Shown here one piece after another: positions 43,401-61,306 of a stretch of 64,000 bases of DNA. Under the pieces are notes generated by a model. The model made no database searches. It saw only the letters and a program-made list of their open reading frames with translations, and was not told the DNA's origin. The position numbers and the translations under genes were made by a program. Every line of letters begins with the position of its first letter. Position 1 is the first letter of the stretch. This DNA comes from the human T2T-CHM13v2.0 reference genome, Homo sapiens: assembly GCF_009914755.1 (NCBI RefSeq), contig NC_060947.1; one strand, written 5' to 3'.

Positions 43401-45979
43401 ACATTGCCTAGTGTGATAGTGATTAGCCTTCAGGACTAAGCCAACATTTGGATTCATCCTTATAAAAACAATCTAGTTTGTCCACTTATAATGAATGAGT
43501 AATGTCTCAATTCCAGAGGCAAAAGCTTGCATTACTCTTTAAACATGAAAGTACAGATTTACAAACGGGCAGAGACCTTGGTGCACCTGCTACAGCATGC
43601 CTACATGATCGGAATCAGTTTTAATGATTTTGTGTATGTGTGCTTATCCCTTGTAAGACAACCATGTGGAAAGATGCCTGGGCTGGAAATGAGTTTGCGG
43701 TTATTTTAATGATTTGGAATCCACCCATTAATCTGAAACAGTCCATGTAATGGTTGTAGGTTATATCTATGGTCTTTCATGTCCTCCCATTGCATTTAAA
43801 ATAAAAACCAAACTCCCAAACTCTTTATCACATCTATGAGGCCCCGCACGGTCTTCTTCAAGCTCTAGGATCATTTTTCCCTTATCAAAAAAAGTTTGTA
43901 TCTTCATTTATTTATTCCTTCATTACTTATTTTTTTAGTGCTTGTTATGTGCTAGGAATTGTTACAGGCACTGGGAATATAGCATTGAACAAGGAAAACC
44001 ACGCTTCTGTTCTAGAATAAGGAATTTGCACAGAAGCAAAATTTTTTTCTCGAACAGAAAACAGGAGAAGGAATTGGAAATATGGTGACAAAAGTAGGGG
44101 CAAATAAAAGAAAGAGGCATAAATAAATTCACCATACCAATACCAACAAGGTTTCTAAGAATTATAGAGAGGAATTATAACTTTTTTTCCCCTATAATTT
44201 TCTCTTTTTGTTTTCCCACTATTGGAGATAAAAGCCTTTAAAAGAACTGGGCCTGTGGATTCGTCTTTGAGGTCAATAGGTGAGACTGTCTCATTTCCTA
44301 GCCAGTCTTTCAGAGAGAGAAGAATCCCACAAGATAACTCTCGTGGTGGTAGCTACTATGAGGCAAAGAAAACAGATAAAGTGCCAGTGGACAGAGGCAT
44401 AGAAAAAGAGGGAAAACATAGGGACCTAATATTTGAAAAGTTTCTTTGGGAGAAAGTTTTCTGACACAGGGACAGAAGAATGAAACAGCTGGTTGAAGTA
44501 AGCAGAATGTCAGCTTAAGGATCATTGAGAATTAGGAAGACAACCATTAGTCTGGCAGATAAAAGGGTCACAGCATTAGCTATCCAGCAACTGCTTTTCT
44601 GGTAGCTATTAGCAGAGAATAACTCAATGAACTAAAGAACAGAGCTCTAATTTCTAAGAAGGACAGAGGAAGAATAAGGCTGGCAACCCAGTTCCAAAGG
44701 ATTCAAGGCAGGATGTCTAACACAGAAACCCAGTTATAAGGAATTGTATCCCAAAACAGATCTTTGTTACAAGAACAACAACAACAACAAAAAACCCACC
44801 TCAATTCACCTCAATTGTTTGACTGATAGGCAAGGTCAAATCATAATCAAATATAATGCCTAGGATGCTAAACTACTGTCCCGAGGCACTTCAAAATCCT
44901 ACTATCTCAAACAAGACTGGCACCAAAATCCAGGGCTAGGCTGAACTTGCAGGTAATTAAAAATGCCCTTAGTTGTGAAGGCTGGAGAGCTCTGGGGACA
45001 GAAAGTCCAGCAGGTTATTACTGAATGTGATGCAAGACACATCTCTGTGGCCAAGGCTTTCTTGGATGATTTAAATAGCCCAACATGAGTGTGAGATTCA
45101 TCAGTGGTTGAAGGCACCTAATTACATTGGTGAGAGGCCACCAGGAATCAGACCTTAATTACTCCCAACCACCTGCTCTCCCACAAGTCTGGCCAAAACT
45201 GGAGAATCTCTGTGGATTCTCTTGATTGTCCTACTGTTTCTGGGAACCCAATAGCCAATTTCTGACATCAACAGAAGATGGACTGCCTCCAGAGTAGGTA
45301 GAGTGTTAGTCTCCAAAGGTTTGAAAGTGTAAGCTCAGGTTTCCTGACCCTGCAACTAGACCCCAAAATGTCACTTTCTTAGCACTGCTTCTAAGAATCC
45401 ATCTGTTATAAATTGAACAGTTTCTCCACACACTAACACACAGAGATTATTGGAAGGTATACAACCAAGAAATAAGTTAGGAATTTAACAGAGTTTTGTG
45501 TTATTTCAGCTTGGAAGTGGCATGTGGAAGTTTGCTAACCCAACTTCATTTCTCTTACCTTGTATAGTCAATAATTGCCCCATTCATAGATGAAGGAGTG
45601 ATTATGATTATTTAACATTATGGATGTTTGATACAGGTAACGAAGTTTAGCCAAGTAATAGGAACTTTAGATGCTGAATACATTGTAGTCAACCTACCAC
45701 TTTGTAGACTTCAAGCAGCTACTATGTTAAACTGGGACCTAATCAAAAGGGCCTTGTTCTGCCAAGAAGTGCCAGGTTGCCCAGATTCTAAAAATGAAAA
45801 AACTCTTTCTGGCTGCTCAGTGCTTTCCTGCATTGTAGGTGCTAAAAGGCCTAAGAGGTACCTAAATACCTCAATAAAGAAAGCAGATTTCTCCCTTCAT
45901 ATTGGAGTTATATGTTATCTACATTTGGTTTGGCCAGAAATCTCACAAGTATTTGGCATGCAATGTATCCAACAGGCCA

Positions 45980-46290
45980 AATATGGCTTCCATAATATGC
46001 TTCCTTCAAAAGTCATCTCAAGCCTTACTTCCTCTGTGAAGCATTCCCTGACCATACTCAGATACATTTGAGGCCAACTTTCCTGTACTCTCATGAGACC
46101 TCCATGGCATACCTCAACTATAACAATTATCACACATTAGTGCATTTATTTGCTAACTTCTATGTTGTCTGACCAGATCATATTATTGAAGACAAGGCAC
46201 CATTTTTATTCATCTATACACCACCAAAATTTCACACAGCACCTGTCCCATAGAGGTGATTCATAAATGTTGGTTGAATGTTGAATGAAA
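45980..46290 (+). mobile_element. L2 3' relic
   Basis: cttcctctgtgaagcattccctgac...ataaatgttggttgaatg. Confidence 0.7.
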
Positions 46291-47539
46291 TAAAATCTTA
46301 CAAAACATATGCTCAGCCTAATTTGTTTTACTCAGGCATCTCCCACGCATTTGTCTGTCCACAAACAGCATTGAAATGATGCTGCTATAAATTAGTCAAG
46401 TTCCCCATTGATGTCCTGCTCTGTGCCTACAATTATGAGGATAAAAGACATTGAATCATCCCTCCCAGGGCTTACAGTCTGATTGGGGAGAGAATACCAG
46501 TAATCCTGAAACTGATTGTCGGCATTTGCTCATAAATTGGGTTCAAAGATGAATGCAAGGGGAGAGGATCAGAGTAACATTGAAGAGGTAGGATTGGAGC
46601 TAACCCTTGAAAAATCAGTTTGGCAAGAATTAACAAAAGATAACCAACTGAAGGCATAGCACAACCAAAGAAAGAACAAGTGATGGTAATAAATGTAGCA
46701 TGCAATTTTGACAATGAGGAGTTAATTTTTATAGGCAACAGAAGGGTATTGAATTTCTGAGTGAAACATGAAATGAATAAAGGACACTGAATAAAGATGG
46801 TAAAATGGCATCAATAAACAATATGGTTTTGTGGGAGAAAAAATTGAGTGGGAGTCCTAAACGAATATATTCTGTATCTCTACATACTATGATAGATACT
46901 TCAAGAGAATGACTTTCTTTCTTTTTGCAGAGCCCCACATGAAAGGTGTCCACCAATGCCTTTCATCTGGTAGGTTTTTATGCAAGGCCTAACAGTAAAG
47001 TCTGTCCTTGGGTAGAGTGATTCAAAGGTTCTTGTGTTCTAGTGGAGGAGGAGGAAGAGCCTTACCATCACTGCACATAGGAAAACTCATTGCTGTGAGA
47101 TGGCTAGACTGAAATTTCCATGATAGTAGGGACAATGTCTGTCTTATTCACAGTTCTATTAACAGCATCTAGCACAATGACTCACAGAAACTAGGCACTA
47201 ATTAAATGCACTGGGTAACTGATTGAAAGCAATAGTATTGTAGAACTTAACATAGTCATCTAAATAAATATTGGCCATATCTATCTAACTACTATTATAA
47301 AATTTAGTGCTTTGATTTACCATACATATAGCCAGACGTGGGTGCTAGGTAGAGGAGATAAAGGCAGAATGAGATATAGTCTTTGACCTAAAGGGGAATG
47401 GTGGTATAGTATAATGGGTTGGATAGGGCACATGTGCACACACATCTGTGGACTAATGAAGAAATGTCCCTTTCCACAGTTGCCTCATGCAATATCTATA
47501 GCACTGTTGTCTGGAAGTCTAAGAGCATGTTCATTTCTT

Positions 47540-47843
47540 TCTTTTTTTTTCTTTTTTAAAAATTTTATTATTGTTATACTTTAAGTTTTAGGATACATGT
47601 GCACAACGTGCAGGTTTGTTACATAGGTATACGTGTGCCATGTTGGTGTGCTGCACCCATTAAGTCGTCATTTAGCATTAGGTATATCTCCTAATGCTAT
47701 CCCTCCCCCCTCCCCCCACCCCACAACAGTCCCAGGTGTGTGATGTTCCCTTTCCTGTGTCCATGTGTTCTCATTGTTTAATTCCCACCTATGAGTGAGA
47801 ACATGCGGTGTTTGGTTTTTTGTCCCTGCGATAGTTTGCTGAG
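47540..47843 (-). mobile_element. Short L1PA3/4-like 3' end
   Basis: Poly(T) plus antisense 3'UTR. TSD tcatttctt at 47531-47539 and 47844-47852. Confidence 0.95.
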
Positions 47844-48676
47844 TCATTTCTTACTATATGTCTAGTGGGAGAGAAAAGTGATAGACATTATTTTCACCTT
47901 ACAAACAAGAAACAAATAATTATTTAAAATAATTAGAATACTAGCAATCATGTGGATCTTCTATTATCTTACATGCAGGAAGGAGACTAGGAAAGTAAGA
48001 CTATCAAAGAGGCTCACAAAGAGGCTGGGTAAAGGAGATGGAAGTACATTGGTCTATGAATAAGGGTGAAGAAGTGATAATCTCAGGATGGTGGTACCTT
48101 CAAAAGCATGCTCAAATGACTGTAACAATTCTTCTCAAGCAACAAATGTGGAGAAACACTGCCCCAGGCTAAAGGTTCAGAGGGCCACTGCAGAAGGACT
48201 ACTACGATAATCAGATTAAGCCCAGATTGGAAAAGAGGGGTAAGGAAGCATTTGAGGCAGTGAAGAAGAAGCCCTTGTTTCAATGCGAGCAGTCAGACTC
48301 ATTTATTTCACAAATATTTTTAAGCACTATTTATTAAGTATTATATATGCCAGGCTCTATCTAGGTCTAAGAATATATGAACACAGTTCATTCCCATGGG
48401 GAACTGGTGAACTTGAGAGATAAACAAGTAAATGAACAATGTCCATTATGGAAACCAATTGTCAATGTCATTGGAATACTATGTACTGGTGTCTACCATA
48501 AAGAAACACTTGCACATGTTCACAACATGGCATTTTTACAAGAATAATCCCTAGAGCAGTGCCCATAAAAAATCAGGAGACAACCTAAATGTCTTTCAAT
48601 ATTTAAATGTTTACAGAAACCTATAGTATAGTCATACTATGTAACAAAGGGAAGCAATTAAAAAGAATAAGATACA

Positions 48677-49006
<330 letters not shown>

Positions 49007-49269
49007 TGAATAGCTCTTCAAGACATAGAGCTAAACAATACATATTGTGGGAATGGATAATCATAGAGAACTTTGGCTTTATTAACAAGGACTTAAATTT
49101 TTAAATAATTTTTCAATAAGAAGAATATATACTATGGTATTATTTGAGTAGTTAAAATCATTTTAAAATATATACATAGTTAAAATTACTTTAATCATTG
49201 TACCTCATTTCTCCTTCTTAATACTGTTTGCATCCTTTTTTTTTTTTTTGTAAGTGGGTAAGAATGGGG

Positions 49270-51240
49270 GATGTGGAAGAATGAACATTCTCAGGAAGAA
49301 GAGCAACATGTGCTAAGTTATAGAAGCCTGGGAAAATATAGAATAGTCCTAGATCATAGGGCATGTAAGGTGATGGGTGCAGGAGTGAGTGATGGGATAA
49401 GTACACATTGAATTGAAAATGGAATGATAAGGCCAGACTGTAAAGGTATCTATATGTCAAGCTAAAGAGCTTGGATTTTATTCTGAAGGTACTGGGAAAC
49501 CATGGAATGAACTTTAGGAAGTTTTAAAGAGGTCTTTCTAGCTGTGGTATGGGGAAAAGATTGAGAGGACAGGAGAGTACCACGAAAGTCTTTACATGAA
49601 TCTTACGAGACAAATATTGAGGTCAAAAACTGAGGCAATGGCAATAGAAATGGAACAGAAAGAAATCCTGAGAGAAAGTGGCATATATAGTTGCTGATTA
49701 GAGGTGGTTGGTGCTAGCCAGGGAGAGAATGCTACCAAAAATGTTGTGAAATTTTATGGTAAGAGCAATTTGACAGATAGTGATACCATTGACTAAAATA
49801 AGAAATCAAGAGAAGTAACTGATCTGAAGTAATAAGGGAGAGGATTGATGAGTTCCCTTTTGAACGTGCTAAATTTGAGGTACCTATGGGACATCTATAT
49901 AAAAATATGACTGTAAGCAGTCATCATGTCAGTGTGGATTCAAGAGGAAGCAGTTTAAGTCATGGAAATGGATGAGATAATTTAAGTTTGCACAAATAGA
50001 AGAGAATTGGGTTGAAGATTGAATTCAGGAGAACATCAGAGTTTAAAGGAGAAAGTAGAAAAAGCTCAGAAAGGTGGAGGAAAATGGTCATAAAAGTAAG
50101 AAAAGAAATTAAGGGAGAGTGTCAAGAAAGAAGAGCATATCAACATTGTCATATGTAGACAAGAGGTATAGTGAGATAAGGACTGAAAAAAACCATTAGA
50201 TTTCTCAGCAATGATGTCTTTGGTGATTTTAGCGAGAGCAGTTTGGAAGACGGGTGGTAGATAGAATAATGTCTCCCAAATATGCCCACATATTAATTCC
50301 TGGAACCTGTGAATATGTTAGGCTACATAACAAAGGGGACATTATAAGTGTGATTAAATTAACTTGAGATAGGGATTTTGCCCCGGATTAGCCAGATGAG
50401 CCTAATCTAATCACATGGGTTCTAAGTGAAAAACCTTTCATGGCTGTAAGTCAGACAGAGAGATAACTACAGGCGAGAGAACCAGAAAGATTACAACAAA
50501 CATTGTTGACTTCAAAGATGGAGGAAGTGAGAGATATGAACCAAGGAATACAGGAAGCTTCTGGAAGCTAGAAAAAAAGAAGAAAACTGATTTATCCCAT
50601 AGAGCTTCCAGAAGGGAATGCAGTCCTGTCCACACCTCAATTTTAGCCCAGTGAGACCATGTCAGACTTGTAACCTATGGAACTGTAAGATAATAAATGA
50701 GTTTATTTTAAGCCATTAAACTTTTGCTACTTTGTTACAGAAGCCACGGGAAATTGATACAGGGGGTGGGAATTGTAGTTAGGGCAAAAGCCTGATCACA
50801 GTGGAATGAATGGTGACTGGAAGGTGAGAAAATGGAGATGAATGAAGCCAACTCATTCCAACATTTTATTTCTAAGTGAAAAGAGAGCACTAACACAAAG
50901 AGCACAGAAGTTTGAGGGATGAATCTTGTTACAGTTTTTAAGAGAAGGAATGCGTGAGTATATTTAAATGCTGATAAGAAAGAGAAGAGGTAGGAGACAT
51001 AGACAAGAGAGAGGATAACAATAGAGAGGAGGTTCTTGGGAAGGCAGCCTGTGGACAATAGAGGAAACAGAAATACAAGAACAGGAGCGATGCCAAATAT
51101 CACTGAATTTCAGAGGCAAAAAGGAAATAGGTGAGGGAGAAGGGATTTGTGGAGCTATGGTTCTGATGGCAGGAACTCAATATTATCATCACATATAATC
51201 CCTGATTATCTGCCCTTGGGCAATTAAGACTTTCTAAAAT
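49270..51240 (-). mobile_element. Long L2 relic split by an MLT1 LTR
   Basis: Purine-rich L2 motifs (agagcttggattttattctgaagg; aaatttgaggtacctatgggacatc; gagataaggactgaaaa) resume after 50762. Confidence 0.7.
50253..50761 (+). mobile_element. MLT1D-type MaLR solo LTR
   Basis: taattcctggaacctgtgaatatgtta...ggaactgtaagataataaatg...aattgataca. Confidence 0.85.
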
Positions 51241-53817
51241 GCCTGGGGAAAGAAGAAACCACTGGGGTCCAGAGAAATGAAGTGACTTGCTCACGATTAC
51301 ACAGAGATCTACTGAAGTTTTCATTTCCTTAACTGTGACATATTCACTGTGATAATGCATGTAAAACACAGTGTCTGGCATATGGCAAATGTTCAATAAC
51401 TTGTGGCAGTTATTACTATAGGATAAGGTATGATACCTCTGATAGCCTATATAGCTAAAGTTTAGAAACACAGATACCTAGATACCTAGACTTGAGTCTG
51501 GGTCTATCATTATTATCAGTTTTGCTACTTACTAGCTATGTGGCTTTGAGCACAGTGATTAATTAATACCTACTAGACAGATATTCTGGCCTCAGATTCT
51601 GTATCCTTTCTACTATGCCACACTATTTACCTTTAAATAATTATACAAATGCCCACTGTGGGGGCTGATAATTGAACTATGTGTTCTGCCAAGCTGTACT
51701 ATTCGGGGGTGACAAATTCCATAGGACCTATAGTATTCATACCTTACAATCTGCAAAAAGAATTGAACTATTTGCCTGCTGTTCAATTATGTGAACTTGA
51801 TGGAAAGAGCATAACAGTCCACAGCTTAATTTCAGTTATCAAAGGACTCGAACCAAATCCAACAGAAAAAAATCCAAAACTTTTTTTTACCTTGATGAGT
51901 ATGTAAATATTCATGATAACATTTGATGATGGTACTGTATTTGAATAAGAAAACACTAAATATTTTAATCAAGTCAACCATCATGTGCAACAGAAGTAAT
52001 CTTACCATTTAGAGGTTCCTGAGTGGATGATGGGATGTTGTCTAATATATCAGTGATTGGCTATTTACTTGTATAGTTAAAATTCATCTCTTCCTTTCAT
52101 CATTTTGAAGGGACATTGATTTCAATAAAAACCTCTAAATGAGGAGAACAAGAAATTTAAATCCACACAGTGAAAATGAATGAAGGCTGGCACATAAAGT
52201 TCAAGGGGAAGTCAAAAGAGGAAACGGCAAAGAGATTTTAGCTGCAATGATTGGCAGCAGGGTCTGTGCAAGTTATGGAGATTTTGCCTGATTCTAAGAG
52301 CTCATCCAAGTACTCAATTTAAGGGTGAGAGCAGGGTAGGGCAAAGTGTCATTACTCAAACAGGCCCAATAATAGGAACAGAGCCACACAAGGTGCCCAA
52401 CCACCTCTACTCCCACCCCCTGCCCAACACACATACTTTGCCACAGGGAATATCAGAGGGAATATGAGCTTCTTGTGAAATATTATCATAGGGGCCAGAA
52501 AGAGCCTTACCGTCTGTGAAGAATTCTTCAACCCTGGCTTGATATCTTCTCTTTCCTGTTTTGTTGAGGTGTCAGAAAACTGCCTGAGAATATGTAGTCC
52601 CTTTAGCCTCCATTTCACCCTCCACTGTCCGTTTTGTCTAGATATGTGGCCTAGTCAGTAGCTTTTTGCTTCTTATTTTTAAATAAAATGGATGGAGTTT
52701 TGCGCCCTATTCAACAGACAATAAAAGAAAGAAAAGAAACAGGCATACCTCTCTTGTCAGACTTTTAAGACTATTTTCCCTGTGACATGTTCCTAAAGTC
52801 GTTTGTGTCTTGCAATCATAGTTTGTATGATTTTTTAGCCTGAGATATAGTCAGTGACTGTCTCAGGATTACATTGTAAAGTAATGTGCTCCAATAATCA
52901 ATTATTTTAATGACCTTACTTACAGAGAGATCTCATATTTTACTAAAATTAATATCAGCATATGCCTGAAAACCCTCTTAATGGCTTTGAAGAGATCTAC
53001 AACAGCTTCTGAAACCTGTACAAACACTTAAAAAATACTTTGCGTAAGCTTCAGTTGAGATTATCCAAGTCTAAATAATTTATATGTGTTTCTCAGAGTC
53101 ATACTTTCCTGATATCACTGCCTTGAATTAATAGAGTGTCATTTTCCCCCAAGGTCCCATAGGACTCCACAGCAGAACACATTCATCCTCCTGCTACCCT
53201 TATGGCAAGGAAGGCACAAGAATGATTATCCCCATTTTACAGTCTGAGAAAATGAGGAACTAGGACATGAATGATATGCTGCACAGAATGGTGGAGGCAG
53301 ACATGTAAGACTTACTGAAACTGGGGTAGAAGAAACACTTCAGGAAACTAATGACCCTGACAGATCTGTGACTCTGGAGCTAATTTGGAGACACTATTAA
53401 TCAAAATCTGGCATGAATCCTGTATGTACTACCCAGACTATTACCATAAAATGCCATGATATCAAAACAAGACATCTATATAGGCCCAGGTACCACATTA
53501 AAGATATGCAGTGGCTCTTTAGCTGAAATAGAGATTGTTGCTCTAGAAATCCAGCTTCATAAGGTATAGTGCACCTGTAGGCCTAAGGGACATGGCAGAA
53601 ATATCTCAGGCTACCCAAAAAGTAGGAACTGGACAAGGAGGGCTTATCTGAAACAAAAGCAACAATGATGTTGTCTCAAATAGACAAGTAATAAAACCTG
53701 GAAGGCAACATTACTCGAGTGCTACTTTTAATCATGCCTGCAGTCAGCTGAAGATGAAGAGTTAACAAATAATGGTCCAATAATGGAATAATTAAATACA
53801 TTAAGAAATCACACCAC

Positions 53818-54454
53818 AGGGAGAAATAGGAACGCTTTTACACTGTTGGTGTGAGTGTAAATTAGTTGAACCATTGTGGAAGACAGTGTGGTGATTCCTC
53901 AAGGATCTAGAACTAAAAATGCCATTTGACCCAGTAATCCCATTACTGGGTATATACCCAAAGGATTATAAATCATTCTACTATAAAGACACATGCACAC
54001 GAATATTTATTGCAGCACTGTTTACAATAGCAAAGACTTGGAACCAACCCAAATGCCCATCAATGATAGACTGGATAAAGAAAATGTGGCACATATACAC
54101 CATGGAATACTATGCAGCCATAAAAAAGAATGAGTTTAAGTCCTTTGCAGGGACATGAATGAAGCTGGAAACCATCATTCTCAGCAAACTAACACAGGAA
54201 CAGAAAACCAAACAGCACACGTTCTCACTCATAAGTGGGAGTTGAACAATGAGAACACATGGACACAAGGAGGGGAACATCACACACTAGGGTCTGTCGA
54301 GGGGTGGGGGGATAGGGGAGGGATAGCATTAGGAGAAATACCTAATGTGATTGGTGGGTTGATGGGTATGTGTATACCTATGCCACGTGTATACCTATGT
54401 AACAAACCTGGACGTTTTGCACATGTATCCCAGAATTTAAAGTATATATATAAC
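53818..54454 (+). mobile_element. 5'-truncated L1PA7/8-like element
   Basis: ORF2 C-terminal remnant (ORF 53919..54158) and 3'UTR. 14-bp TSD agaaatcacaccac at 53804-53817 and 54455-54468. Confidence 0.95.
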
Positions 54455-54742
54455 AGAAATCACACCACTGTGTTAGGTATAATCTACTGAACTTAAATAC
54501 TACTACTCTTGTCTGTTTTCATTTTCATGATAATATGTGTGACACATAAACCCAGATAGCCCTGTGTAATACTAGGCAGGGAGTAGGTCCCCAGAAGATG
54601 CCTGCTGAGTTGACCAGTGGAGTCAACTGAAAGATTCTCAGGCAAGTATCAAGAGAAATACCAGAAAAGAGAGTCAGAGCATTAGTTAAATTAGCCACTT
54701 TATCATGTTTACTATGGTCCTTTCTGTCCATGAGGATCTTCA

Positions 54743-54971
54743 TTTTTCTTTTTCTTTTTAATTTTATTATTATACTTTAAGTTTTAGGGTACATGTGCAC
54801 AATGTGCAGGTTTGTTACATATGTATACATGTGCCATGTTGGTGTGCTGCACGCATTAACTCGTCATTTAGCATTAGGTATATCTCCTAATGCTATCCCT
54901 CCCCACTCACCCCACCCCACAACAGTCCCCGAAGTGTGATGTTCCCCTTCCTGTGTCCATGTGTTCTCATT
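54743..54971 (-). mobile_element. Short L1PA3/4-like 3' end
   Basis: Poly(T) plus antisense 3'UTR; degenerate TSD tcattt(tt)ctt. Confidence 0.93.
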
Positions 54972-55029
54972 TCTTATATGGGTAAGTGGTACCATTATGG
55001 TAATATAAGCCTATATAATCCAAATCAAA

Positions 55030-55198
55030 AAAGGCAGTGTAGGCACTTTGAATCTGATCTTCGCAACTATTACTTTATTGATCTCAGGGAAAATTATTGA
55101 AGTTTGCTGAGCGTCCATTTTCCCATTTGCAAAAATGGGTATATAAAAAGTACTTACACAAAAAGTTGCTGTAAGGATGAAATGAAATGAAGCATATC
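55030..55198 (+). mobile_element. MIR, 5' part; the remainder is at 62946-63010
   Basis: ttttcccatttgcaaaaatgggt...gttgctgtaaggatgaaatga continues as gcatgtctacactta...tttgctgttattattatt. Confidence 0.75.
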
Positions 55199-56210
55199 GG
55201 GAGGTGGAGCCAAGATGGCCGAATAGGAACAGCTCCAGTCTACAGCTCCCAGCATGAGTGACACAGAAGAGGGGTGATTTCTGCATTTCCAACTGAGGTT
55301 ACCAGGTTCATCTCACTGGGGAGTGTTGGACAGTGGATGCAGTGAACCAAGCATGAGCTGAAGCAGGGCGAGGCATCGCCTCATCCAGGAAGTGCAAGGG
55401 GTCAGGGAATTCCCTTTCCTAGTCAAAGAAAGGGGTGACAGACGGCATCTGGAAAATCGGGTCACTCCCACCCTAATACTGCGCTTTTCTAATGGTCTTA
55501 GCAAATGGCACACCAGGAGATTATATCCCGCGCCTGGCTCAGAGGGTCCTACGCCCATGGAGCCTCGCTCATTGCTAGCACAGCAGTCTGAGATCAAATG
55601 GCAAGGCAGCAGCGAGGCTGGGGGAGGGGCGCTCGCCATTGCCGAGGCTTGAGTAGGTAAACAAAGTGATCAGGAAGCTCGAACTGGGTGGAGCCCACCG
55701 CAGCTCAAGGAGGCCTGCCTGCCTCTGTAGATTCCACCTCTGGGGGCAGGGCACAGACAAACAAAAGGCAGCAGAATCCTCTGCAGACTTAAATGTCCCT
55801 GTCTGACAGCTTCAAAGAGAGTAGTGGTTCTCCCAGCATGCAGCTGGAGATCTGAGAACAAACTGCCTCCTCAAGTGGGTCCCTGACCCCCGAGTAGCCT
55901 AACTGTGAGGCACCCGCCAGTAGGGGCAGACTGACACCTCACACGGCCCAGTACTCCTCTGAGACAAAACTTCCAGAGGAACGATCAGGCAGCAACATTT
56001 GCTGTTCACCAATATCCGCTGTTCTACAGCCTCCGCTGCTGATACCCAGGCAAACAGGGTCTGGAGTGGACCTCCAGCAAATTCCAACAGACCTGCAGCT
56101 GAGGGTCCTGACTGTTAGAAGGAAAACTAACAAAGAGAAAGGACATCCACACCAAAACTCCATCTGTACGTCACCATCATCAAAGACCAAAGGTAGATAA
56201 AACCACAAAG
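55199..56210 (+). promoter_or_regulatory. L1 5'UTR internal promoter (YY1 site 55211-55220) with the antisense promoter region
   Basis: caagatggcc YY1 motif and residual CpG richness. Function is inferred from established L1 biology. Confidence 0.8.
55313..55639 (-). CDS. ORF0: L1 ORF0 homologue (antisense, 108 aa open frame; expression unknown)
   Basis: MASAPPPASLLPCHLISDCCASN...GVGPSEPG...IRVGVTRFSRC matches primate L1 ORF0p. The ATG is in gcaATGG context. Confidence 0.7.
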   Translation of the reverse strand: MASAPPPASLLPCHLISDCCASNERGSMGVGPSEPGAGYNLLVCHLLRPLEKRSIRVGVTRFSRCRLSPLSLTRKGNSLTPCTSWMRRCLALLQLMLGSLHPLSNTPQ

Positions 56211-57224
56211 ATGGGGAAAAAACAGAGCAGAAAAACTGGAAACTCTAAAAATCAGAGCACCTCTCCTCCTCCAAAGGAACACAGCTCCTCACCAGCAAGA
56301 GAACAAAGATGGAAGGAGAGTGACTTTGACGAGTTGAGAGAAGAAGGCTTCAGACAATCAAACTACTCCAAGCTAAAAAAGGAAGTTCCAATCCATGGCA
56401 AAGAAGTTAAAACCTTGAAAAAAAAATTAGACGAATGGCTAACTAGAATAACCAATGCAGAGAAGTCCTTAAAGGACCTGATGGAGCTGAAAACCAAGGC
56501 ATGAGAACTACCTGACGAATGCACAAGCCTCAGTAGCTGATTCGATCAACTGGAAGAAAGGGTACCAGTGAAGGAAGATCAAATGAATGAAATGAAGCGA
56601 GAAGGAAGTTTAGAGAAAAAAAGAATAAAAAGAAATGAACAAAGCCTCCAAGAAATATGTGACTATGTGAAAAGAGCAAATCTACGTCTGATTGGTGGAC
56701 CTGAAAGTGACGGGGAAAATGGAACCAAGTTGGAAAACACTCTGCAAGATATGCAGGAGAAATTCCCCAATCTAGCAAGGCAGGCCAACATTCAAATTCA
56801 GGAGATACAGAGAACGCCACAAAGATACTCCTCAAGAAGAGCAACTCCAAGACACATAATTGTCAGATTCACCAAAGTTGAAATGAAGGAAAAAATGTTA
56901 AGGGCAGCCAGAGAGAAAGGTCAGGTTACCCACAAAGGGAAGTCCATCAGACTAACAGCTGATCTCTCGGCAGAAACTCTACAAGCCAGAAGAGAGTGGG
57001 GGCCAATATTCAACATTCTTAAAGAAAAGAATTTTCAACCCAGAATTTCATATCCAGGCAAACTAAGCTTCATAAGTGAAGGAGAAATAAAATCCTTTAC
57101 AGACAAGCAAATGCTGAGAGATTTTGTCACCACCAGGCCTGCCCTAAAAGAGCTCCTGAAGGAAGCACTAAACATGGAAAAGAACAAGCAGTACCAGCCA
57201 CCACAAAAACATGCCAAATTGTAA
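56211..57224 (+). pseudogene. ORF1: L1 ORF1 (RNA-binding protein) with premature stops
   Basis: MGKKQSRKTGNSKNQS...ARREW...YPGKLSF...HAKL in a single frame, with a TGA at 56502-56504 and another near 56538. Confidence 0.95.
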
Positions 57225-57287
57225 AGACCATGGAGGCTACGAAGAAACTGCACCAACTAACGAGCAAAATCACCAGCTAACATCATA

Positions 57288-61090
<3,803 letters not shown>

Positions 61091-61306
61091 ACAATGAGAA
61101 CACATGGACACAGGAAGGGGAACATCACACACCAGGGCATGTTGTGGGGTGGGGGTATGGGGGCGGGATAGCATTAGGAGATATACCTGATGTTAAATGA
61201 CGAGTTAATGGGTGCAGCACACCAACATGGCACATGTATATATATGTAACAAACCTGCACGTTGTGCACATGTACCCTAAAACTTAAAGTATAAAAAAAA
61301 AAAAAA

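Noticed and set aside
45628-46071. 147-aa ORF and the other 60-160 aa non-L1 ORFs
   Set aside because: They have no recognisable domains, often start at non-ATG codons and overlap L2, MIR or LTR relics. This many is expected by chance.
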